Of a DNA stretch of 64,000 bases, positions 45,466 to 57,200 are shown in pieces. This DNA comes from Azolla caroliniana (lineage: Eukaryota; Plantae; Polypodiophyta), in contig JBHGNT010000022.1 of the NCBI GenBank assembly GCA_043228905.1, forward strand, positions 868,001 through 932,000, written 5' to 3'. Both the position numbers and the translations under genes were made by a program. The notes beneath the pieces were generated by a model. The model did no database searches and was not told the origin of the DNA. It saw nothing but the letters and a program-made list of their open reading frames with translations. Each line of letters begins with the position of its first letter. Position 1 is the first letter of the stretch.

Positions 45466-47050
45466 ATGTCCTCAACATCAAGTAAAAATTCTTTGTTTTC
45501 CTTTGAGCCTTTTAAATTATCTAATATGTTCTCATTATTCTCTGCCGAGGAATATAACCATGTACATATGAAACGGTGCCATGTAGAGTCCAACGATAAT
45601 GTTAGGAAAAGTTCGAATTCACTTTTTTCGATCGAGCCTTTTAGCTTAGGTAGACTACAAAATAATAAAGTAGTTACAAATAATGAAGAGTCTAGTTTAT
45701 CTAATGTTGACGAGGATTATCTCAATAAGCCTCTCAAATTTTGAAGAGTTCCTCAACAAGTTAGTGTTAAAAGATACAATTTTTTGTGTTCAGATCATCA
45801 AATTTCATTTGATATAAGCAAGCCATGCTGTGAGAATCTATGTCTTCTGAAGTTTGGAAAGGAAAACTTGAGGGGGTTACAGCATAGGTATTTGTCACTT
45901 AATGGCGGAAAGCTATGCATCATCGTCAAAAAGTGCTCTAATCACTGGAAAGGTACCTGTGCTTCATTATAGATGGTATGGATTAGAAGAAAACTTGTTT
46001 GCCGAAGGTTGCCCATAGATATTGGAGATGAATGCCTAGTGTAGATGCACTCAGTAGGTTGTCTTATGTATTGTCAGATAATAAGGCCTCAAGTGTTCCT
46101 AACTTATCCAAATATCCACAACGACCCTAATCTTATAGTAACAGTCATGCAAAGAGTTTTACAAACTTGGTAAGGAATTCTCCTTCCGGTACTATATGTG
46201 CAACTAGACAACACGACAAGAGAAAACAAAAACTCGATTGTGTTTAGTTATTTGAGCATGTTAGTAGACAAGGCTATATTAAAAAACATTACGGTAAACT
46301 TCTTACTAGTTGGTCACAAACATGATCACATAGATCAAATGTTTAGTAGGTTCTCCAAGAAATAGTGAGATACGATCCACAAGCTGTATGCCAAACAATA
46401 CTCATCTAGTTTGCAATGGGAGCCACAAAGACGGATGTAGGCTTTTATCACATTTTCCAGATGCAGTAATCTATGTGCACAACAAATGCCCTATGACGAC
46501 CTTAAAATATTGGCTACTGGTAGTTCGATTGAAGAGCAAAAGATATATTGGATGCGGTGCCTTGAGGAAAAATGCAAAAATATTGAGCGTACCAAAAAGT
46601 ACGCTCGTGATCAGGATGTGAAATGGTGGGGTAGCTTCTTTAATCATCAACATACGATATTAGATAACCACTTTGCGGGTTACTGGCCACTACAAAATCA
46701 ATTCAAATGGAATATTGGTGGCCGATCAATGATGAGCACGACTCGTTCACAAACACTAGATAATCCTGAATTGAATAATCTAGTTCATCAACGACAAAGA
46801 GATATTTACGTGGAACCAAGAATCTCACATGTTGTAGAGGCACGATGGCAAGGCAATCTAGATGAGCTACAAGTTGGTACATTGGTTGCAACATTAGCCG
46901 GGGGTGATAAGTTGGGCCATCCCTTTTGGATTGCTAAAATCACCAAAATTATTAAGCACAAAGAAGGAAATCAAGTTCAATCCATTGTGGTTCATTGGTA
47001 TCATACCTCTTCCCTAGATGCATTTACTGGGAAGTATTCTTTAGAGATGG
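45466..47050 (+). pseudogene. Sola1-like transposase remnant, copy 2 (two large internal deletions, 3'-truncated)
   Basis: PCCENLCL; IDGMD*KKTCLP; HNDPNL; LYVQLDNTTRENKN; FLLVGHKHDHIDQMFS; ARWQGNL..PFWIAKI..VHWY..AFTGKY. Confidence 0.85.
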
Positions 47051-47478
47051 AACCCTAAATGGGAAAAAACCACGGGAGTTCACAAACTCCAACTATCACT
47101 ATGTAGAGAGGAATACAACAGATAAACACGGAGGCAGCGACCTCGTGTTCACGATCTTCACCTAGCGGCGGTTACAACAAAGATTCTCTCTCTCTCTCTC
47201 TCTCTTTTCTTCTGCTACGCTCTGTACAGCAGTTACACCAATAACTCTATACAAGATAATGACAACACAATCATACTCTATTTGCCCTAGGTCATATTTA
47301 TACCAATATGACTTTCGGGCTATTTACAAATGTAGCCACAATGGGCTAACAGAGACATATTTACATATATGTCCCTTCATCCGGTGAGAGGTTCTCATCG
47401 GGCCTGCGTCATCCGGTTCTCACCGGGTCTTCCTTGCCGGGTACTCATATCCCATCCGGAGGAACCAAACTCCTAACA
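47051..47478 (-). repeat. Truncated 3' LTR of copia D
   Basis: Matches about 61263-61764; followed by PPT complement ATCCCCCTT. Confidence 0.88.
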
Positions 47479-47488
47479 AAATCCCCCT

Positions 47489-48130
47489 TCACTCCGGCAA
47501 GTGATGCCTCGTCAATCCGATCCTCTTCCTGCATGCATCTACCTTGTCCGGTGTCAGCACTTTGGTTAGCATATCCGACCCGTTCTCCTCCGTGTGGATC
47601 TTCATCAGCACGAACTCTCGATCTTCAACTCGCTCCCGGATCCAGTGGTACCTGCGCTGAATGTGCTTTGTCCTGGAATGATTGGCAGCCTTCTTGGCAA
47701 GGTGGATGGCACTCTGACTGTCGCAGTAGAGCCGATATTCCTTTTTCCGGATCCCTAGCTCTCCAATGATGTCCTTCATCCACAGTATTTCCTTGCAGAC
47801 CTCCACAGTTGCCATGTACTCCACCTCCGTTGTTGACAACGCAATCGTCTTCTACAACCTCGACTGCCACGAAACCGCTCCCCCTGCATATGTCATAACA
47901 TATCTCGATGTTGACCGGCTGGTATCCGCATCAGCTGACATATCCGAATCGGTGAAACCGTCAAGTTGGGGTTTACCGGAGCCGGATCAGAGACACATAC
48001 TTGAGGTGCCTTTCAAGTATTAGAGTATCCATTTTACCGCATTCCAGTGCTCCTTGCCAGGATTGCTCATAAACTGGCTCACCACTCCGACTGCGTATTC
48101 GATACCCGGTCGGGTACACACCATTGCATA
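47489..48130 (-). pseudogene. pol: Copia D RT end and RNase H
   Basis: YAMVCTRP, STTEVEYMA, CDSQSAIHLAK, RTKHIQRRYH. Confidence 0.9.
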
Positions 48131-50403
48131 CCTAACAACCTTGGTACTGTGTTGACACAATACTACTGTGTCGACTCCGAGAATATGGTCTCTACGCAAA
48201 ATTAGAAAAATGTAGTTTCGGCTAGAATCAAGTGGAATTTTTGGGGTATGTTGTATCATCGGATGGTATTGCTATGGACCCCATGAAGGTACAAGCCATT
48301 TTAGAGTGGCAAGTGCCCCTTTCAGTGCATGATGTGCAATGTTTTCTCGGGTTTGAAAATTTTTATCGAAAATTTATTAAAGATTATTCCAAGGTTGTGG
48401 TTCTGCTTACTCAACTCACACATAAAGATCAACCATTTATATGGAGTTCAGATGCAACCGAGGCATTCGAAAGCTTAAAACGAGCATTTACAATGGCACC
48501 AATCTTAGCACATGTCCACCCAACAAAACGCTTCATCCTCGAAGCCGATGCATCCGATTTTGCACTAGGAAGTGTCCTCTCGTAGACTGGAGATGATGGA
48601 CAGCTACACCCTATCGCCTTTCATTCACGAAAGTTTGAAGTTGCAGAGATCCATGACAAAGAGCTTCTTGCATTTGTGGATTCGTTTCAACAATGGCAAC
48701 ATTTTCTAGAAGGTTCTTCTCAGCAAATCATTGTCTACAATGATCATAAGAACCTGACTTATTTCCAAAATGCTGGAGTCTTGAGTCGGCGACAAGCCCA
48801 GTGGGCGCAATTTTTGACTCACTTCGACTTTATCATCATATATCGCCCTGGGATGCGGCAAGGCAAAGCAGATGCTCTTTCTTGGCGCTCCTATATGGAA
48901 CTTCGTCCAGGGGAACCTGCATTTGAGCATCAAAAACGAATCCTTTTGGGTCCTAATCGATTATGATTAATGGTAGTTAACCACATAACAACTCTTGAAA
49001 ATTCCACTCTTCTTGACTCCATTCGAGATCATATGGCCACTGATGATTTCGCCAAGGATGTTTTGGATTATATCGTCCTGGATCGTGCTTCTTGCTCACG
49101 GTCGAAAAATCCTCGTAATGACTATTGTCAGTTCTATTGGCATGGTGGTTTTCTGTTTCGACAAAATCTATTGTATGCTCCTAATGCTCCCCCACGACTA
49201 CAAGTTTTACAACATTGCCATGACTCACCAATGGCTGGTCATTTTGAAGTTCTCAAGACTCTAGAATTAATTTCTTGACACTATTGGTGGCCTCGCCTTC
49301 GTCATTTTGTTGAGGAGTATGTTCGGAACTGTGATATATGTTGTCGATCAAAGAGTCCTTATCACCGATCCTATGGCTTACTACAACCACTTCCCATTCT
49401 GGAAACTCCTTGGAAGTCTATATCCTTGGACTTCATTATAGATCTCCCAATTTCAAAAGGTTTTGATGCAATTCTCACAGTGGTTGATCGATTTACCAAA
49501 ATGGCACATTTCTTGCCATGTACAAAGTCGATTACTAATCAAGAGGTGGTTGATCTCGTTATACGGGAGGTATTTAAGCATCATGGTCTGCCAGAGGATA
49601 TTATTAGTGATTGTGGTCCACAATTCATCTCAAAGTTTTGGAAGCACATGTTCAAACTTCTCCACATTTCGGTTAAGCTTTCTTTGGGCTATCATCCCGA
49701 AACAAATGGCCAAACTGAGGGTAACAACCAGATGTTGGAACAATATCTTCGTTGTTTCATCAACTATCAACAAGATGATTGGGTTGATTTTTTGCACTTG
49801 GCGGAATTCGCTTACAGCAACTCAGCCCATTCTTCTACAGGATATTCCCCATTTTTCGCAAATACGGGTTGTCATCCTCAGTGGACAATGAATGCGCATC
49901 CAGACGTTCCTACCAACCTTGTTGCCAAGTATTGTCTTAGTCGCCTCCAAGAAATTCACGCTACCATTCTCCACAATTTGCACGATGCTCAAGTTACACA
50001 CAAGAGGCTTGCCGATCGTCATCGTCTAGACTCCTCAAAAAAGTTCCACGTTTGGGATCATGTATGGCTTCTCCAACACAACCCAAGACCACTCGACCTT
50101 GCAGTAAATTGGATTACCAATGTTTTGGCCCTTACATGATCACTGGTAAGTTAAGTGATGTTGCATTTCGTCTTGACCTCCGTCCGCACATGCATCTTCA
50201 TCTGGTGTTTCATGTATCCCTTTTGGAACCTTATACTACAAGTTCAATTACGGGCCATCTTACGACACCCCCACCACCTATCGAGTTCTTGGACGGACCC
50301 GAATTTGAAGTTGCTGTCGTTCTCGATTCTAAAATTGTGCACAAGAAGCTGTATTACTTAGTCGATTGGCTCGGCTATACCCCCAATGATCGAACTTGGG
50401 AAC
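48131..50403 (+). pseudogene. pol: Chromovirus pol fragment J (RT end, RH, INT, chromodomain); no LTRs remain
   Basis: EFLGYVVS, LEADASDF, HDSPMAGHF, LDFIIDLP, PEFEVAVVLDSK..YLVDWLGY..TWE; cut by a copia LTR. Confidence 0.9.
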
Positions 50404-51037
50404 TGACACAAAATATGCGGAATATTACTCGGCCACAACCGCGTCTCAAATCGTGTCGTTCCAAATCGAACACCGAGAATGGGAATGGAGATGAATACAC
50501 ATACACACAGACAATATGAGAGAGGGTACACAGTATGTTTAGGTGGAAAACCCTAAATCGGAAACTTTAACTATCACTATGTAAGAGGAATACAACAGAT
50601 AAATACAGAGGCAACGACCTCTTGCTCTCAATCTTTGCCTGGCGGCAGTTACAACAGAGACTCGCTCCGTATCTCCCTCCCTCTCTCTTTGTACAGTAGT
50701 TACAACACGATCACTCTATACAATAATAATGACAACACACTGATGCACACACACTATGTTTGCCCTATGTCATATTTATACTAATATGACTTTCGGGCTA
50801 TTTACAGATATAGCCCTAGTGGGCTCTTTGGAACACATTTACATATATGTCCCTTCATCCGGTAAGAGGTTCTCAACGGGCCTACATCATCCGGTTCTCA
50901 CTGGGTCTTGTGTGGCCGGGTACTCATCATCCGGTTCTCATCAAGTCTTCCGTTGCCGGGTACTCTTCATCCGGTTCTCACTGGGTCTTTTGTTGCCGGG
51001 TACTCATATCCCATCCGGAGGGACCAAACTCCTAACA
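50404..51037 (-). repeat. Unpaired 3' LTR of copia H
   Basis: TGAC...CCTAACA, followed by PPT complement; related to but distinct from D and F LTRs. Confidence 0.85.
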
Positions 51038-51046
51038 AACTCCCCC

Positions 51047-54000
51047 TTCACTCCGGCATGGGATGCCTCATCAATCTCATCCGCTTCCGGCGTGCGTCTA
51101 GCTTGTCGGGTGTCAGCACTTTGGTCATCATATCTAACCCGTTCTCCTCTGTGTGGATCTTCATCAACAGGAACTCTCGATCTTCAACTTGCTACCGAAT
51201 CCAGTGGTACCTCCGCTGGATGTGCTTTGCCTTGGAATGATATGCCGCGTTCTTCGCAAGGTGTATGGCACTTTGACTATCGCAATAAAGCCAATATTCC
51301 TCCTATCGGATCCCTAGCTCTTCGATGAAGTCCTTCATCCATAGTATTTCCTTGCCGGCTTCCACAGCTGCCATGTACTCCGCCTCTGTGGTTGATAACG
51401 CAACCATCTTCTGTAACCTCGACTGCCACGAAATAGCTCCCCCTGCATATGTCATAACATATCCTGATGTTGACTGGTTGGTATCCGCATCAGCCGATAT
51501 ATCCAAATCGGAGAAACCGTCAAGTTGGGGTTTACCGGAGCCGAATCGGAGGCACATACTTGAGGTGCCTTTCAAGTACAGGAGTATCCATTTTACCACA
51601 TTCCAGTGCTCCTTGCCGGGATTGCTCATAAACCAGCTCACCACTCCGACTGCGTATCTGATATCCTGTCGGGTACACACCATTGCGTACATTAAGCTCC
51701 CGACGAAAGAGGCCTATGGTATCTTCATCATATCCGCCTTCTCTACCTTCGTCTTCGGGCTTTGCTTACCGGATAACCTGCAGTTTGCCGGGAGTGTCGA
51801 TCCGATCGGTTTCACATTTGACATGTTGAACCGCTGAAGCACCTTTGTCACATACTTCTCCTATGACAGGCAACAATTTTACGCAAAGCTCACTGTGGTA
51901 CGGTGGGAGGACATTACGCGGGCGATGTTACAGCCCGGAAAATCTGGCAAGCAGGACTGTGGTGGCCGACTACACAAAAGGATGCATATCAATATTGCAA
52001 GTAGTGCGATTTATGTGAACGGATGGGTCAACCCACGGAAGTCGCGAGAATGCCACATCAACCGGTGTTGCTGTTGGATCCTTTCCAAAAGTGGGGGTCG
52101 ATTTTGTGGGGCCCTTTACACCGGTGGGTGCCCGAACCGGCAATAAGTATATCCTGGTGGCTATGGATTACTGCACCAAGTGGGTAGAAGCGAAAGCACT
52201 ATGCGAAAATACTGCGGCAATCAATTGCTTCTTTCACCGGTCTCGGCTGATATGCATCCCCAGTATCTTTCTTGCCGGACCCAAGTCTTTCATGGAGAAG
52301 GTCCGGTTCAGAGCCTTCTTCAGCATCTGTATCTTGACTTGGTCTCGTTCGACGATCAACATATCGTCAACGTACAGGAGGAGTATCAAGAAGTCTCCAC
52401 CTTCAAACTTCTTCACAAACACGCAATGATCGGCTTGCGTCTTGTGGTATCCTTGATCCGTCATGAAGGAGTTGAACTTCCGGTACCATTGCCGGGGAGC
52501 CTGCTTCAAACCGTAGAGGCTCTTCTTCAACCGGCAAACCAGGTGCTCCTTCCCTTTCTTCACAAATCCCTAAAGTTGTTGCATGTAGATCTCCTCTTCG
52601 AGGTCACCGTGGAGGAACGTCGTTTTCATGTCTAACTGCTCTACCTCGAGGTCCATGGTTGCCGCTATGCTCAACATCGTCTGGATGGAAGTCATCTTTA
52701 CTACCGGTGCAAATATCTCGTCGAAGTCCATGCCCTTCTTTTGCTGGAACCCCTTCACCACGATCCTGGCGTTGTCTCTTGGGGGGTTGTGGGCATCTCC
52801 CAGTTTCAACTTGTACACTCACTTGTTTTGGAGTGCCCTCTTTCCTTTCGACAACTCCATGGTTCTCATGCAGGGAATCCATCTCATCCTTCATGGCGCA
52901 CAACCACTTGCGGCTGTGGGTGTCTCTCTTAGCTTCTTCGAAGCCTTCCGGCTCCCCCTAATCAGTTATCAGTACATGCTCTGGATCCGGAAATCTCCGG
53001 GGGGGCCTTCTCTCTTTGAGAGGATATCTGCATCTTTGGTTTCCGGCAACCGGCTCCTCTGTTTGTTCTTCATCCGAATCCGATTCGGGATCGTGACCGG
53101 TTCTGGTTCCTGGTTCCTCTTCTTCTTCTGCCGGTTCGGTGTCCTCTCCGTAACCGGCCGGTTCTTCGAGTGTTAACCGGCTCTTTGCCGGTTGGGTTTG
53201 CATCTCATTGAACCGATCCTTACCGGTCGACTCGGAGTTCATTATCTTCTTCTCCAACTCCCAGTCGGCAAGGGTCTTGTCCTCCATGAAGATAATATCT
53301 TGACTCCGGAAAACCTTCTTGTCGACCGGATCCCACACTCGGTAGGCAAACTCATCATCGCCGTATCCGAGGAATATGCAAGGCTGGGACTTTGAATCCA
53401 ACTTTGCTCTCCGGTCCTTTGCAACATGCACATAAGCGAGACACCCGAACACCTTCAGATGCCGGTAAGACACTTCCTTACATGTCCACAATCTCTGCGG
53501 CGTGTCTCCGTCCAAGGGCACTAACGGTGATATGTTTATCACGTACGTCGTTGTCACTAGAGCCTTAGCCCAAAACGTCTTGGGTAACTTTGCATGTGCC
53601 AACATACTTCAGACCCTCTCCATTATGGTCCAGTTCATCCTCTCGGCCAGCCCATTGAGTTCCGGCATCTTCTGCACGGTAAATTCGAGCTGGATTCCCT
53701 TCGAGCGATTGTACTCCTCGAACTACCCCTAGTATTCTCCTCCGTTATCTGCTCGAATTGCCTTCAGATTCCGGCCGGTTTCTCTTACCACTCTTGCGTG
53801 GAGCTCCTTGAAGGCGGATAACACCTGATCCTTCGTCTTCAACGGTGTGTCCCACAACTTCCACCAGTGGTCGTCTATGAACGTCACGAAGTACTGCGAT
53901 CCGGGATGTGACTTCGTGTCCACTTGACACACATCGGTATGCACCAACTCCAGTGGTGCATTACGTCTCATTGGTGGCCTTGAGCGGAAGGAGGTCCGCT

Positions 54001-54235
54001 TTTGCTTACTAGCCAAGCAGTCGGTGCACTTCTCAAGATACACGTATTTCACCGCAATGAGGTTATCATCAGCAAGCCTCTTCATCCCCTTCTCGCTCAT
54101 GTGCAACAACTCACCGGCAGTGTCGGATGCAACGTTCAATTCTTCTCGGCATAACCGAGCATTCATTAGGTACATAGTGTTGACTTTGCGGGCCCGAGCC
54201 ACTATTAGGCTCCTTTTGCTGAACTTCATGACTCC
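51047..54235 (-). pseudogene. pol: Copia H/D INT-RT-RH (decayed)
   Basis: LVHTDV, IRADNGGEY, LLYVDD, STTEAEY; interrupted by a filler at 51870-52220. Confidence 0.9.
51870..52220 (+). other. Captured fragment of a non-chromovirus gypsy integrase (Athila/Tat-like HHCC and start of core)
   Basis: AHCGTVGGHYAGDVTARKIWQAGLWWPT..CDLC..PFQKWG.DFVGPF..DYCTKWVEA; no LTR or TSD. Confidence 0.85.
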
Positions 54236-57200
54236 TGTTGAGATACAAACTCAACATTGGCCGGATCGGTTGTGCAAGCTGAGAACTGGATCGGTTAGGC
54301 CGGAGCGGTGCATAAAACAGGTGCGTAAACCAGTACGCAAACCGGTGCGTAATGAAAAGCCGTAGCGGTGTGTAAACTGTGAGGTAGTTGGAAAAATATT
54401 TCGCGTAGGAATATATTTTCGGAGTTAGCATAGAGCTCAGTTATGAGCATTGAAGTACGTGTCAGTACTTCTGTCAGTCCATATGGACTTGTATAAAAGT
54501 GCTCAGTGAGCACATTCTATGTACAGATTGAGTATTATTTTGAATTGTTTTTTTCCGTGTGTTCTCTCTCTCTCTCTCCCGCATACTTTGTATATTCAAG
54601 CTCTCAATTAAACCTGCGCATTTTTTGTGTTCGGTTTTCTATTGCTTCCGCACATAATCTTTTTCATGGTATCAGAGCGTGAGGGTTGAGAACCTCTGCA
54701 GCCGACATAGCTTGAAAAGAAAACTAACCAAGAAGAACAGGAAAAACAAAATGGAGAGAGGCATGGCTAGCTCGCTTCCTACCGAGAAGCTCGACAAAAA
54801 CAACTACGCAACTTGGTCCTACAAGATGCACCAATACATGCTCGAGCACGATTACTGTAGCTATGTCGATAGAGCAAATGACATAGATCTTGAATCGACA
54901 CACAGAGATTTCCCGGTGTGGGAATAGTCGGTGAGCAGAGTACTGTACTGCTTCGCGTCTTGTGTGGGCGAACAACTGCTAAGTTACATTCGGGATGCAA
55001 AAACGCCGAAAGATGCTTGGGGAAATCTGAAGAAGATTTTCACCGCAAGCACTACAGCCAAAAAGCTTCAACTCCGACAAGAGCTAAGCAACCTATGACA
55101 ACACGATTTGTCGGTGGCTGATTACACCTCGAAGATCAAAGATATATGCGACTCCTTAGCCTCCATCGATGTGAACGTTGAGGAAGGCGAGATGGTGCAG
55201 ATCTGTCTCAGGGGACTAGTGTCGAAGTTAGGAGCGTTCCGAACTGTTGTGTGTACACGGGAGAATACACCATCGTTTTTCGACTTACAGTCAATGCTCC
55301 TTATAGAGGAGAACCACGTGGGTGCGTCGACGAGCACACATGCCGACAACAAGATGCTTTACACGGAGGGAGATAGGCCCCGTGGTCGTGGCGGACGAGG
55401 CGAGTCGGTGCGCAATGGAGGCTGCCGACGGGATCAAGGAAGAAAGCACAGAAGTGATGCCGACAATAATTCCGAACCATCTGGAAAACAGGAGGAGTCG
55501 AGGCGACGAGAATCGGCAAGGGAAATCTGTTGCGGAATGCTAGTATTGTGGGCAAAAAGGCCACAAAGAGAGCGAGAGCTGGAAAAAGCGCGCCGATTCG
55601 GAGAGAACCGGGCCAGGATCATGCTCCGGACAGACTAACAAAGGAAATCGGCAGCGATCACACTACGCCAAAGGATCCGAAAAAGCTGAAAAAGGGTCAG
55701 CCTTCGTGACGAGACACGAAGCGAACTCGATGAAGATTTCCATCCCGAAATTGGACGAGGTGAGGTACATCGACTCCGGGGCATCAAACCACATGATGTG
55801 CCACAAGGAGTGGTTCTCATACCATGAGAAACCGATGCAACCGGGAGTAGTCGCAACCGGAGACGACACTCCGCATCCGATCGCGAATGTCGTTGAGGTT
55901 TCCCTGAGCCATGTTAGGCAGAAAGGGAAACTCATGAACGTGTTACACATCCCCACAATCACGAAGAATCTGGTGTCGGTCGGGTTGATCGTCGACCAAG
56001 GGATGCAAGTCCGGTTCACGCATCTCGGGTGCGTCATCGAAGAAGAAGGCCGAGTTATTGCACAAGGGCGTAGAGACAAGAGGATGTTTATCCTCGACTC
56101 TAGTGTCGGTGGCACCGCAATGTTCACGAAAGGACAAAATGTCGAGTCGGATATCGACTTATGGCACAAGCAGATAAGCCACGTCAACTATCAACAACTT
56201 TAGGACCTGCAATTGAAACAGGTGGTGTTCGGATTGCCCAAATTTAGTGGCCGGAAGGCACGAATTTGTGAAGCCTGCCAACTCGGGAAGCAACACCGGC
56301 TTCCTTTCCCTAACGAGCGTAACCGGAGCCAACACAAGCTCAACTTGATACATTCCGATGTATGGGGGCCGGCATAGAACGTTAGTCTTGGCGAGAGTCG
56401 ATATTTTGTCTCCTTCATCAACGATTATACACGGCACACATGGATCTACCTCATTGAGAAGAAGAGTGAAGTATTCGACTGTTTCTAGGACCTCAAGAGT
56501 TTCGTCGAAAGGGAAATAGGAAGAAAGATCAAGTGCTTGCGGTCCGATGGCGTAAAAGAGTACTTTTCCGGTCAATTCAACGGCTATCTGCAACCGATGG
56601 GATTTCAGCGTGAATTCAGTTGTAGGTACACGCCGGAGCAAAACGGCATAGCCGAGAGGAAGAACCGGTCAATTGTGGAAGCGGCACGGGCAATGCTGGA
56701 GGAAAAGAGCTTGCCCAAGTTCTATTCGGCTGAGGCAATACGAACAACGGTATACATCTAGAATCGGATCGAAGACAAAGTGTCAGCGCATGAGCAGTAT
56801 TTCGGAAGGAAGCCGAATCTACGACACTTGAGAGTTTTTGGTAGCATTGCGTATGTGCATGTGCCAAACGAGAAACAGAGGAATTTGGACGCGAAAGCCG
56901 AGAAGTGTATCTTGGTCGGCTACTCAGACGAGCAGAAGGGTTATAAGTGTTATAACCCTCGCACCAAACAAGCGCGCGTGGGCCGTGACATTGTGTTTGA
57001 CGAGTCCGCGTCCTGGTACTTGCCTCTGACTCCGGACCTCAACTCCAATCTGAGTTCTGACGATGAGGTCAACGAGGCTGAGATGCCTCCGGATAAGCCT
57101 GAAATCGGGACCCACGAAGAGAGTCTGATTTCATTTCGGTTAAGCGGACCGAATGGACGACTGAGTCGGTTCGACCAGTCCGATGAAGAGCCGGCGAGTA

